Origin: a virus
Lineage: Duplodnaviria; Caudoviricetes
IMG/VR virus record: IMGVR_UViG_3300020403_003104
Coordinates: 1-38,321 of that record
Direction: 5' to 3' (one strand)
DNA length: 38,321 bases
The position numbers and the translations under genes were made by a program. The notes beneath the pieces are model-generated. The model worked only from the letters and a program-made list of their open reading frames with translations, was not told the origin of the DNA and made no database searches. Shown here in pieces: positions 8,677 through 17,983 of this stretch (position 1 is its first letter; every line of letters starts with the position of its first letter).

Positions 8677-9527
8677 GCAAAATAAGATACTCTGAAATGT
8701 TTTATAGCATTCAGGGTGAGGGTAGATGGGTAGGTATACCCAGTGTATTTTTTAGAATGTTTGGATGTAATTTTGAATGCGCTGGGTTTGGTCAAGAAAG
8801 AGGTAAACCTCTAATTCCAAGAGATCAAATGCCTTGGAAAAATATTGATGTTAGTAAATATAAATCTGTTCAACAATTACCTGTGTTTAGTATTGGATGC
8901 GATAGCTCTGCTAGTTGGGCTAAAGAATATATGCATCTATCTCATTTTGAAGATACTTCTATTATAGGTGATAAGTTATTAGCTCAAACTCCTGGAGCAG
9001 ATTGGAAAAATAACGGACAGGATATTCACCTTATTCTAACTGGAGGTGAACCTATGATGTGGCAGAAGCAGCTGCCTGATTTATTATCTGATCTATCTGT
9101 AGTTGAAGTTGAAAATATAACTTTTGAAACTAATAGTACATTTGCTTTAAAACCGGACTTTGCTAGATTCCTAAATGATTTATCTCATAATACTAAGTAT
9201 ACTTGGTCTTGTAGTCCTAAGTTAAGTATTAGTGGTGAAAAATGGGAAAAAGCTATTAAGCCTGAGAACTGGGAGCAATATGCAAGTGTTCTTAATAGTG
9301 ATTTGTATCTTAAATTTGTAGTAGCTGATGAATATGATTTAGATGAGATAGAAAAGATACAAAAAATGTATGATATTCCTTATGATATTTTCTGTATGCC
9401 TTGCGGAGGTACTCAGGAAATGTTAGCTAATACTAAACTTAATGTTGCTGAGAAAGCAATGGAAAGAGGATGGAAGTATTCTCCTAGATTGCATGTTGAC
9501 CTATTCGGGAATAAGTGGGGAACATAA
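8673..9527 (+). CDS. queE: QueE 7-carboxy-7-deazaguanine synthase (radical SAM)
   Basis: SEMFYSIQGEG, RMFGCNFEC...GCDS, LTGGEP, FETN, SPKL, LKFVV, SPRLHV; adjacent to queD. Confidence 0.93.
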   Translation: MSKIRYSEMFYSIQGEGRWVGIPSVFFRMFGCNFECAGFGQERGKPLIPRDQMPWKNIDVSKYKSVQQLPVFSIGCDSSASWAKEYMHLSHFEDTSIIGDKLLAQTPGADWKNNGQDIHLILTGGEPMMWQKQLPDLLSDLSVVEVENITFETNSTFALKPDFARFLNDLSHNTKYTWSCSPKLSISGEKWEKAIKPENWEQYASVLNSDLYLKFVVADEYDLDEIEKIQKMYDIPYDIFCMPCGGTQEMLANTKLNVAEKAMERGWKYSPRLHVDLFGNKWGT

Positions 9528-9530
9528 ATA
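9523..9530 (+). promoter_or_regulatory. Late promoter (CATAAATA)
   Basis: Near-consensus late box at the queE stop, directly before a run of virion-type genes with an AGGAG RBS. Confidence 0.7.
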
Positions 9531-9548
9531 CAATAGAAGGAGAATTCT

Positions 9549-9932
9549 ATGGCATCTGTTGTAAATTTATTTGTAGATCAAGGATCGGACTATACTTTAA
9601 CTTTAACAGTTAAAGACGATGATGGTAATGCTACCGATTTAACTGGTTATACAGTAGAAGCATATTTTCAAAAATGGACAGGAGCAACTCAAGTCTATAA
9701 ATTTACTACTACAGTCACAGATGCATCTGCAGGTAAAGTTCAAATAACATTAAAAGGTTCAGTATCTGATGATATTCCATCAGGTAGATATAGCTATGAT
9801 GTTGTAATTAATCATGCATCTAATGATATTACAAGAAGAGTTATTCAAGGTTCATTAGTACTTAATCCCACCGCAAGCCCAAAGGGCGCCACATTATTAG
9901 AGACTGGTAATAAATTATTATTAGAAAGTTAG
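9549..9932 (+). CDS. Virion structural protein (Ig-like/BppU-N-like adaptor)
   Basis: NLFVDQGSDY...DLTGYT...GRYSYDV...RRVIQG pattern typical of T4-like aquatic phage structural proteins; ends LLETGNKLLLE. Confidence 0.7.
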   Translation: MASVVNLFVDQGSDYTLTLTVKDDDGNATDLTGYTVEAYFQKWTGATQVYKFTTTVTDASAGKVQITLKGSVSDDIPSGRYSYDVVINHASNDITRRVIQGSLVLNPTASPKGATLLETGNKLLLES

Positions 9933-9939
9933 GAGTTGA

Positions 9940-10347
9940 ATGAGTGACGGCTTCGAAGGTCTCTACTCTGGATCATATGAAGGTACTTACGTAGGAAGTT
10001 ACATAGGTGCATATGAAGCAGTTTACTCTGCTGGATATGAAGGATCTTACGAAGGTGCATTAGCAGAAACATATTCTGGAGGTTTTTTAGGTTCTTACGG
10101 TGCCGATGTTTATTCTAGAGGATGGGCTGGTAATTATGCTGCTGCTCCATTTTTAAGTTATCAAGGAATTTATTCCAGAGGGTATGAACTTACTTATCAC
10201 GGAATATATTCAGGTCAATTTGAAGGACAATACGAAGGATCATTCGTATCAATATATTCCGGACAATATGATGCTTATTATAGTGGAGTATATGGAGCAG
10301 ATTTTGCAGGAATGTATTCTACAGCTTATGCAGGTACATATTCTCTT
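9940..10347 (+). repeat. Degenerate 4-residue (Y/F/W)-x-G-x protein repeat
   Basis: About 26 Tyr in 136 aa, mostly spaced 4 apart (YSGSYEGTYVGSYIGAYEAVYSAGYEGSYEG...). Confidence 0.9.
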
Positions 10348-11538
10348 AACATAGGAGATGTAACTGTTGAAACTGTTACTAAGTATCACGGAAAACCTGT
10401 ATCAACTATAACTACCAGTTCTTCCGGATCTGTTGAACTTGATGTATCTTCTGGAGGTGGTTCAATTGTTACAACCGGAAGTAATCAACCAGGTAAAGCA
10501 GCTATAACTCGTATAGCATCTAATGATACAATAGTTCATTTAGGTATAGTTGATTTAGAAAACTTAACTGTAGATTTAAAACCTAAAGCTGTAGCAGCCG
10601 GAGAAAAGGCTCCTGGATTAGGTACAAGTGATAGACCATTTGGAGATCTATTTTTACAAGGAAATACTCTAACATTATCTACAAGGTCTATTTCAATTAC
10701 TGAATCAGGGGGAGCTGAGTATATTGATTTTGGTGCTAATACTATTATTGGAGCTACTCAAGTTACAGGAGATAGATTATTAGCTTTTGCTGATCAATTA
10801 AAGATAACGGGATTAACAGATGTTAGTTTAGCAGGTCTTAATGATGGTAATATTTTAAAATGGAGTGTAAGTCAAAATAAATGGGTTCCAGGAACACCAT
10901 CAACAATTGAATCATTACAATTATATCAATTAGAAGATGTAGATACTGCAGGTCTTTTAAATGGTTATGTTCTTAAATGGAATGCTCTTATTAATAAGTG
11001 GGAAGTAGGAAGTCCAGATGTAGCAACAAGCGTAGACTTATCTACTTCTGATATCGGTGATTTAGGCAACGTAACTAAAATTCCATACCCTCATAGTTCA
11101 GTTTTTCAATATAATACTATTGAGGATAGATGGAAGGCAGTTGCTCCTGATTCAATAAATTTTGAAGATTTAACTTCAGGAACCTTAACAGTAAATACTG
11201 AAGTTGTTTATTCAACAACCAGAACTGTTCAAGCTACTGCCGGAGAGGTAGTTGCTGACTCCTTTAGTATAAATACATACAGATCTGCAAAATATATAAT
11301 CACCTGTGAAGACTATACAACAGATAATAAGGGTTACTGGACAGGTGAAATAATTTTAGCTCATGATGGCACAAATGCAGTAATAACGGTATTTGGTGAA
11401 GTTGAAATAGGCGATCAGTCAATGAATCCGATTATTGCGGCTGATATAAGTTCAGGTAATGTTAGATTAAAAGTAACTACGACATCAGATCAACAAGTAG
11501 TTACAAGTCATCGTTCAGTCATTACCAAATATACGTAA
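9940..11538 (+). CDS. Tail fibre-like virion protein with N-terminal Tyr/Gly periodic repeat
   Basis: Aa 1-136 are YxGx repeats; three LxDV...GxxLKW...KW-type fibre repeats; C-terminal TYRSAKY...HDG...GNVRL domain. Confidence 0.75.
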   Translation: MSDGFEGLYSGSYEGTYVGSYIGAYEAVYSAGYEGSYEGALAETYSGGFLGSYGADVYSRGWAGNYAAAPFLSYQGIYSRGYELTYHGIYSGQFEGQYEGSFVSIYSGQYDAYYSGVYGADFAGMYSTAYAGTYSLNIGDVTVETVTKYHGKPVSTITTSSSGSVELDVSSGGGSIVTTGSNQPGKAAITRIASNDTIVHLGIVDLENLTVDLKPKAVAAGEKAPGLGTSDRPFGDLFLQGNTLTLSTRSISITESGGAEYIDFGANTIIGATQVTGDRLLAFADQLKITGLTDVSLAGLNDGNILKWSVSQNKWVPGTPSTIESLQLYQLEDVDTAGLLNGYVLKWNALINKWEVGSPDVATSVDLSTSDIGDLGNVTKIPYPHSSVFQYNTIEDRWKAVAPDSINFEDLTSGTLTVNTEVVYSTTRTVQATAGEVVADSFSINTYRSAKYIITCEDYTTDNKGYWTGEIILAHDGTNAVITVFGEVEIGDQSMNPIIAADISSGNVRLKVTTTSDQQVVTSHRSVITKYT

Positions 11539-11558
11539 TACTACTGAGGAATTAGTAA

Positions 11559-12902
11559 ATGGCACAACAACAATTTAGAGTAAGAGGTGGTTTAAAATCT
11601 GATGCCAACGTAACTCTATCCGGAACTCCTACTAACGGTACTGTAGCAACTGGTGGTAAAATTTTAAATGTGGACAATAATGCTAATGTCCATTCCAGAA
11701 CATTTTCACAGACCAAAGGTGATATAGATGCAGGAGCATTAGATGGTGTAGTTGCCGGAAATGGTATTACAGTTACAGCTAAGCAAGGTGGAGGTACTGG
11801 TACTGATACTCAAACTATTACATTAGGTACTCCGGATACTTTAACAGCAACAACTACAGATTCAGCTACAACAGGTTCACATACTCACGCAATAACAACA
11901 TCAAATGATACGGGTACAGCAACATCTGCAGTTATCTTAGCTGCTAACTCTACCGGTGGATTAAAAGTTAATAACTTTTCTACAGCTGGCGTATCTACAT
12001 TTACCGGTAATGCTACTTTTAGTGCTAATGTTACTGTAGATGGTACATTATTCGTTGATGGTACTCTTACCTATGTTAACGCTACAAACTTAAGTGTTAG
12101 TGATCCTTTAATTACTCTATCAGTTGGTGGAGATGGAGCAGCTCCTACTAATGACCAAGGTATTTTAATTAATAGAGGAACTTCAGCTAACGTTGCAATG
12201 ATATGGGATGAATCAGAAGATGAATTCATCTTTATGCAAACTACTGCAGGCGGAACAGATACTGGAAACTTAAATGTATCTGATTACGTTAATATGCATG
12301 CAGGTACTATCAAAGCTGATGATCAGGTAAATGTAACAGGAACTACTGCTTCTTCTAATACATCTACGGGTGCTATAACTACAGCTGGAGGTTTAGGCGT
12401 TCAGCAGTCCATTCACGGTAATACAGTAACAGCAGTTCATGCAACTAATGCAACATCCAATACCACGGGCTCATTACAATCTACGGGAGGCCTAGGAGTT
12501 GCATTATCAGCAGTAGTCGGTGGGGATCTAACCGTTCATACTGATGTATATCATAAAGATATAGCTAGAACTCTAGTAGCTTCAGCAACTATTGCAAATG
12601 GAGCTAATGCATTTCTATTTCAAATTCCTATTGCTAACTACTCAGCAGGTGAAGCTATACTAAAAATGAAAGCTGGAACTAATGAAACTGCTATTCACAA
12701 ATATCTATTTTGTGAAAGCGGAAGTGGAGCTGTAGAAAATAATGAATATGGTACATTAGGTCACGCTATAGGAGCCACAATTACTTTTGAAATGACTGAT
12801 GGATCTGGAAGTTCAGGTTCTACTCATATAGGAATGAAAGTAGCTAATGCTGATGGAATTTCTATTACAGCTAAGGTCGAGGCAACATTCTTCTCAGTTT
12901 GA
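11559..12902 (+). CDS. Tail fibre-like virion protein
   Basis: Thr/Gly/Ala-rich; LxVxDPLITL...GILINRG...WDES motif and repeated TTGA/SL..xGGLGV units. Confidence 0.75.
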   Translation: MAQQQFRVRGGLKSDANVTLSGTPTNGTVATGGKILNVDNNANVHSRTFSQTKGDIDAGALDGVVAGNGITVTAKQGGGTGTDTQTITLGTPDTLTATTTDSATTGSHTHAITTSNDTGTATSAVILAANSTGGLKVNNFSTAGVSTFTGNATFSANVTVDGTLFVDGTLTYVNATNLSVSDPLITLSVGGDGAAPTNDQGILINRGTSANVAMIWDESEDEFIFMQTTAGGTDTGNLNVSDYVNMHAGTIKADDQVNVTGTTASSNTSTGAITTAGGLGVQQSIHGNTVTAVHATNATSNTTGSLQSTGGLGVALSAVVGGDLTVHTDVYHKDIARTLVASATIANGANAFLFQIPIANYSAGEAILKMKAGTNETAIHKYLFCESGSGAVENNEYGTLGHAIGATITFEMTDGSGSSGSTHIGMKVANADGISITAKVEATFFSV

Positions 12903-12905
12903 TAA

Positions 12906-13769
12906 ATGGGAACAAAATCATTTGAGGTTGGCAACGGTTTAAAAGTAACCGGGAGCGCAGAATTTACGGGCTCTCCATTAATGTCACAACTTGCTGAAGT
13001 AAAAATATTTACAGTTACAGTAGCAGATAAAACAGCAGTTCATCCTAATTACGGAAATGGAAGTGATTCCGGTTATTTAATTAATGATATAGAAGGACCC
13101 TGGCTTATTTTAACTCAGGGACTTTATGAATTTCGTCAGGATGATAGTTCCAATTCAGGCCATCCATTAAGATTTAGTGAAACAAATCATGGAACTCATA
13201 ATAGTGGTACGGAATATACTACCGGAGTAACAACTCAGGGAACTCCTGGAAGCGCCGGAGCATATACAAGACTAAATGTTACTTCAACAACTCCCAAAGT
13301 ATTATATACCTATTGCACCGCACATAATGGAATGGGGCATGGTTTAACTAATATAGGAAATGAAACTTCTTCTTCTGCAGGTGCTAGTTTGCAGGATAGA
13401 GGAACAGCATATGCTACTACATCCACAATTGGAGTTGATGTAGCAGACAATATAACAATTTCAGGTTATGATACTTACTGTCTTTTAAAAGTTCAGACTA
13501 GTATAGCAGCTTGGGTTACAATTTATACATCATCAACAGCTAGAGCAAATGATTCAGGAAGAGATATTGATACCGATCCGGATCCCGGATCTGGAGTTAT
13601 TTGTGAAGTAATAACCTCAGGAGGAACAACACAAAGTTTATCTCCTGGAGTCATTGGATATAATGAATCTGAATCTGACAGTGGAAATATATATCTAAAA
13701 GTAGTTAATAAATCAGGTTCAACCAATCCAGTAACGGTTACTTTAACTCTCGTACAATTGGAGAATTAA
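12906..13769 (+). CDS. Virion protein with cupredoxin-like motif domain
   Basis: FRQDDSSNSGHPLRFS...LYTYCTAHNGMG; shares an N-terminal FxVxxGL motif with the preceding gene. Confidence 0.7.
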   Translation: MGTKSFEVGNGLKVTGSAEFTGSPLMSQLAEVKIFTVTVADKTAVHPNYGNGSDSGYLINDIEGPWLILTQGLYEFRQDDSSNSGHPLRFSETNHGTHNSGTEYTTGVTTQGTPGSAGAYTRLNVTSTTPKVLYTYCTAHNGMGHGLTNIGNETSSSAGASLQDRGTAYATTSTIGVDVADNITISGYDTYCLLKVQTSIAAWVTIYTSSTARANDSGRDIDTDPDPGSGVICEVITSGGTTQSLSPGVIGYNESESDSGNIYLKVVNKSGSTNPVTVTLTLVQLEN

Positions 13770-15370
13770 TGTCTGAGAAAGAGTATATAGTAACTCTTAA
13801 TAATCATGATGACTTAGATCAATTTTATAGTGAGATGGAATCTAATACATCTACTGAACATATCCCAGAAAAAAACTTCACAGTTGAAAATCGTAGAGAG
13901 ATAAGCAGAAATACTCATTATGCAATGACAGATGCTGAAGCTGATCAAATACGTAATGATCCCAGAGTTTTAGCTGTAGAAGAAACTCCAGAAAATAGAG
14001 GATTTAAAGTTGAACCTTGTTTTACATGGGATTCTACTCAACATTTTCCTAGAGCTACTGGAAATAACGATGATGTTCAATGGGGTATTTTAAGATGTTA
14101 TACTGGAGCATCTTCATCAGCAGAATATATAGGGTCAGCTACTACGTTATCTACACTTAATACTGGGCATGAAGAAGGTGAAAATGTAGATGTAGTTATA
14201 GTAGATGGATTCCTCGATCCCAATCATCCCGAATATGCAGTAAATAGAGATGGTACTGGAGGAACCAGGGTTATTCAATATGCATGGAAAGCAGGATATT
14301 CATACAGTGGAGGAAGCGGAGAAGATAATGATCACGGAATGCATGTAGCTGGAACCGCTTGTGGTAATAGACAAGGATGGGCAGTTAAGTCTAATATTTA
14401 CAACATAAATCCATACGATGGTCAATATGGAAGTTCTACTTTAATGGATGCAATTAGAACTTTTCATAATGCTAAAACAAATGGATACCCAACAGTAGTT
14501 AATAATAGTTGGACTTATATCAAATATGATTCATTACCTATTAGTCAAGTATATTATAGAGGTACTCTTTACGAAGATGTAGATAGAAATGATGCTAGGG
14601 ATTATGGAATACACTGCCCTAATACAACGCACTGGAAAATATCATCTGTTCAAACTGCTATGGATGCAGATATTAACGATGCTATAGCTGACGGTATAAT
14701 AATGGTTGGAGCAGGTGCAAATTTTAATATGAGAATAACTGCATCAGGTGATACATCTGATCAAGATTACGATAATTATTTAAAAGATGGATTTGGATTT
14801 CAATCTCCTTATTATTATGCAAGAGGAGGATCTCCTTGTCATTCAAATGGTGCTATATGTGTAGCATCGGGAGGATATGCTTACTTAGGTGGACAATACA
14901 GACCAGATACTAAAAGTTCTTTTAGTAATAAAGGTCCGAGAATGGACGTATTTGCTCCAGGACAACATATTCTAAGCTCAGTTAAAAATCAATCTTGGGG
15001 TACTGTAGATAATAGAAATGGAAGTTATAAAATTGCAAATTTTTCTGGTACTAGTATGGCATCACCTCAGGTAGCAGGAATATTAGCTTGTGTAGTAGGA
15101 GTTTATAGAGATTTTACCCAAGCAGATTGCTTAGATTATTTAATAAGTACTTCCACAAGAGATCAGGTTTATGATTCAGGATCATCAAATCAAGATGATT
15201 TTTATAATTTGATGGGAGCTCCTAACAGATATTTACACTTTAGAAAAGAGAGAAAATGGGGAGGGCATGTTTGGCCTGATCCGGATAGAAGGTTAAGAAA
15301 TCCACGCTCAACTTCATCCAGAGTAGCATTTCCCCGAATGAAAAGAAACTACAACAGCGGAAACTCATAA
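13769..15370 (+). CDS. Subtilisin-like S8 serine protease
   Basis: Catalytic triad motifs VVIVDG, DHGMHVAGT and SGTSMASPQVAG; I9-like propeptide (EYIVTL...DPRVLAVE). Confidence 0.93.
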   Translation: MSEKEYIVTLNNHDDLDQFYSEMESNTSTEHIPEKNFTVENRREISRNTHYAMTDAEADQIRNDPRVLAVEETPENRGFKVEPCFTWDSTQHFPRATGNNDDVQWGILRCYTGASSSAEYIGSATTLSTLNTGHEEGENVDVVIVDGFLDPNHPEYAVNRDGTGGTRVIQYAWKAGYSYSGGSGEDNDHGMHVAGTACGNRQGWAVKSNIYNINPYDGQYGSSTLMDAIRTFHNAKTNGYPTVVNNSWTYIKYDSLPISQVYYRGTLYEDVDRNDARDYGIHCPNTTHWKISSVQTAMDADINDAIADGIIMVGAGANFNMRITASGDTSDQDYDNYLKDGFGFQSPYYYARGGSPCHSNGAICVASGGYAYLGGQYRPDTKSSFSNKGPRMDVFAPGQHILSSVKNQSWGTVDNRNGSYKIANFSGTSMASPQVAGILACVVGVYRDFTQADCLDYLISTSTRDQVYDSGSSNQDDFYNLMGAPNRYLHFRKERKWGGHVWPDPDRRLRNPRSTSSRVAFPRMKRNYNSGNS

Positions 15371-15376
15371 AAATAA

Positions 15377-16825
15377 ATGTGCGGATTCTTCGGAATTAGT
15401 GATAAAGATTTAATTGACTGGAATAGAGTAGATTTAGAAGATGTAAATGAAAGAGGAGAATATCAATTTCCTTTCATTGGAAAAAAGGTATTTCTTCATC
15501 AAAGCGTCTTACCAGTTACAGGTAGATTTCCAGGTCCTAAAGTATTTGAAGCAGGACATAAACATTTTACATTTACAGGTGAAATATATAATGCTCCTCA
15601 TAAAGGTTATGCAAACGATACAGAATGGCTTCAAGAAAAGATAGCTAAAGGTGATCTTAATTTTGATAATGTAAACGGACAATATGCTATCTCAATCTAT
15701 GACAAAAAAGAACAAACAATAACTTTAATCAGAGATCCTGTAGGACAGGTTCCTCTTTTTTACTATAATGAAGATTGTTTAATTTTTAGTAATACTATAA
15801 AATCTATAGCTAAAGTAATAGATGCTAAAATAGATAAAGCGTTTATAAAAAGATGGCATCAATTAAGACATTATACATTAAATGAAACTCACTTTAAAAA
15901 GATAAGATTGTTTCCTAAAGGTTTAGTGATGACATTTAACATGCGGGGTAAAGCCCTCAGATCTAACGTCATTAAACCTAAACGGATAAACAACAGTAAT
16001 GTAAAAAAGCTCTTAAAGGATATGCAACATGATTATACATCCCATAGGACGACTTGCGGGATAGTATCTGGAGGAGTTGATAGTTCAGTTATATCTGCTC
16101 TTTATAGAGATAGTATGGATTGTCACGTTACTACTGTTAATGAAGATAAGTGCTGGGCATCTACAGAAACTAGAAACTATGGATTTTCAACTAGTCTTAT
16201 AGAAGTTAAGAATGATGAAAAACAATGGTGTGAAGCTGCAGAAGAATATATTAACAAATCTTGGATGGTTCCTTATACTTGGAGTTATGTAGGATACTAT
16301 ATAATGGGCAAAGAGTTAAAACCGAGAGTAAAAGTAGTAGCGACCGGTGAAGGCGCTGATGAGATATTTGGAGGATATGACGTCTATAAGACAGATAAAC
16401 TATCCAAATATTCATTAAGATGGAATGGCAGAGGCTTAGATCATAAATACAAACAACAAATAGCAAAACAAGTCTCAAAATTTAATAATGTAGCACAAGC
16501 TAACAAATACTTGGATCAGAGATCCTTTCTCCCCTGTGCAGCTATTGGTGCAAATTTAGCTTTAGGAATGAGTTGCATAGAATCAAGAAATCCATTTTTG
16601 GATCACTCAATCTTTTATAATGACGCATTCGTTGAAGATATAGGAAAAAATAGATTAGTAAAGATATTTAAAGACGTATTTGGATTTGATCCTCCTAAAA
16701 AACAAGGATTTTCCGGATATATGAACGAATTATATAATTATGTTAATGGAACAAACATACAAAATGACCCCAAAGACATTAGTCTATGGAAGGATGCGTG
16801 CTTTAAGATAATAGAAAAATTATGA
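15377..16825 (+). CDS. asnB: Asparagine synthase-like glutamine amidotransferase (AsnB family)
   Basis: N-terminal MCGF, GEIYN, RDPVGQVPLFY, SGGVDSS, TGEGADEIFGGY, ESRNPFLD. Confidence 0.9.
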   Translation: MCGFFGISDKDLIDWNRVDLEDVNERGEYQFPFIGKKVFLHQSVLPVTGRFPGPKVFEAGHKHFTFTGEIYNAPHKGYANDTEWLQEKIAKGDLNFDNVNGQYAISIYDKKEQTITLIRDPVGQVPLFYYNEDCLIFSNTIKSIAKVIDAKIDKAFIKRWHQLRHYTLNETHFKKIRLFPKGLVMTFNMRGKALRSNVIKPKRINNSNVKKLLKDMQHDYTSHRTTCGIVSGGVDSSVISALYRDSMDCHVTTVNEDKCWASTETRNYGFSTSLIEVKNDEKQWCEAAEEYINKSWMVPYTWSYVGYYIMGKELKPRVKVVATGEGADEIFGGYDVYKTDKLSKYSLRWNGRGLDHKYKQQIAKQVSKFNNVAQANKYLDQRSFLPCAAIGANLALGMSCIESRNPFLDHSIFYNDAFVEDIGKNRLVKIFKDVFGFDPPKKQGFSGYMNELYNYVNGTNIQNDPKDISLWKDACFKIIEKL

Positions 16826-17493
16826 TAGATTTTTGGGTTGGTTATACCCCTGGAAGAGAAATTGCTAATAGAAAGTGTAGACAATCATTAGCTCAATTTG
16901 GAGTAGTTACTCACGATGTACCTCACTATTGGGTCCCTAAAACAAATAATCCATTTGCAAGAACAAGATACTTAGTACCTCTTATTGATTATAAAAAAGA
17001 ACATAAATGGGTTGCTTTTGTAGATGATGACTTTCTATTTTTTAAAAATCCATTATCATTGTATGATACATTAGATGATAGTAAAACAGTATATGTAGCT
17101 AAACATCCAGAATATGTATCAGTAACTACAATGAAGATGGAAGGCAAAGAGAAAAGAAAAGGTTGGAGAAATATGAACTACCCCAGAAAGAATTGGAGTA
17201 GTTTAATGATCTTCAACAAAGAAAAATTTCCTTTATCTATAGAAGAGATTTTTCATTCTCCTATGAGCTATTTACACCAGCTTGAATGGGCTGAGCCAGA
17301 GGAGAAAAGTATAGGTTCTATTCCTTTAGAATGGAACTGGTTGGTAGGGGAAGAACATTGCCCTTATCGTGAAGATATTAACGCTGCTCATTTTACCTTG
17401 GGAGGTCCTTGGTATGAAAAGTGGCCAGAATCTAGTTATGATAAACTATGGTTAGAAATGGAAGAGTATGATTTCAGTAAAGATTGGTCATAG
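16822..17493 (+). CDS. GT-A fold glycosyltransferase (GT8-like)
   Basis: FARTRYLVP, FVDDDFLF (DxD), YPRKNWSSLMIFN, EWNWLVG, HFTLGGPW. Confidence 0.85.
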   Translation: MIDFWVGYTPGREIANRKCRQSLAQFGVVTHDVPHYWVPKTNNPFARTRYLVPLIDYKKEHKWVAFVDDDFLFFKNPLSLYDTLDDSKTVYVAKHPEYVSVTTMKMEGKEKRKGWRNMNYPRKNWSSLMIFNKEKFPLSIEEIFHSPMSYLHQLEWAEPEEKSIGSIPLEWNWLVGEEHCPYREDINAAHFTLGGPWYEKWPESSYDKLWLEMEEYDFSKDWS

Positions 17494-17710
17494 CGATAAC
17501 AACCAGGGAAAGGTTATTAAAGCTATGCAAAAACTTAAGCAGATTGTTTCCCGTGAAGGTATTCTTAATGAAGTGAAAAAGAGAAGACATTACGTTAAGC
17601 CTTCTATGCAAAAAAGGTTAAAGCGTGAGGAAGCTGAGCGACAGAGAATTAAAGATATTCGTAAGGATATTAAACAAGCTGAGCGATTAGAACAACAAAT
17701 GTGGGGATAA
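17468..17710 (+). CDS. rpsU: Ribosomal protein bS21
   Basis: KAMQKLKQIVSREGILNEVKKRRHYVKPSMQKRLKREEA matches the bS21 pattern. Confidence 0.9.
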   Translation: MISVKIGHSDNNQGKVIKAMQKLKQIVSREGILNEVKKRRHYVKPSMQKRLKREEAERQRIKDIRKDIKQAERLEQQMWG

Positions 17711-17713
17711 CAT

Positions 17714-17929
17714 TTGGGTAAATATTCAGAGAAGATACAGCAGAACAATCGTTGTAAACGAAAGTTCAGAGATAGTTTAATGAATTATGTAATGACAATG
17801 CTACCTATGGAACATGAGAAAACTATCACATTATTCGCCGAGAGAGCCTTATTAGAAGCTTATCAAAATGGCAAAAAAGACGGAAGTCTAACTCCTACTG
17901 CACATACAGAAATCAGAAAAAGACGTTGA
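17714..17929 (+). CDS. Hypothetical protein
   Basis: 71 aa ORF, TTG start with GGGGA upstream, fills the gap. Confidence 0.55.
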   Translation: MGKYSEKIQQNNRCKRKFRDSLMNYVMTMLPMEHEKTITLFAERALLEAYQNGKKDGSLTPTAHTEIRKRR

Positions 17930-17954
17930 TTTCTTCTCAAAAAGTTCGTATAAT
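17926..17954 (+). promoter_or_regulatory. Sigma70-like early promoter
   Basis: TTGATT (17926-17931), 17 nt, TATAAT (17949-17954); same boxes as at 2743. Confidence 0.8.
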
Positions 17955-17983
17955 ATAGCATCTAACCTGAAATAGAGGATGCT

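Noticed and set aside
13571-13595. GATCCG/GATCCCG short tandem repeat
   Set aside because: It simply encodes TDPDPGSG within a protein
15377-16825. Gat-QueC fusion completing the deazaguanine pathway
   Set aside because: It has the AsnB-specific GEGADE.FGGY and ExRxPFLD motifs and lacks the QueC C-terminal Cys zinc cluster
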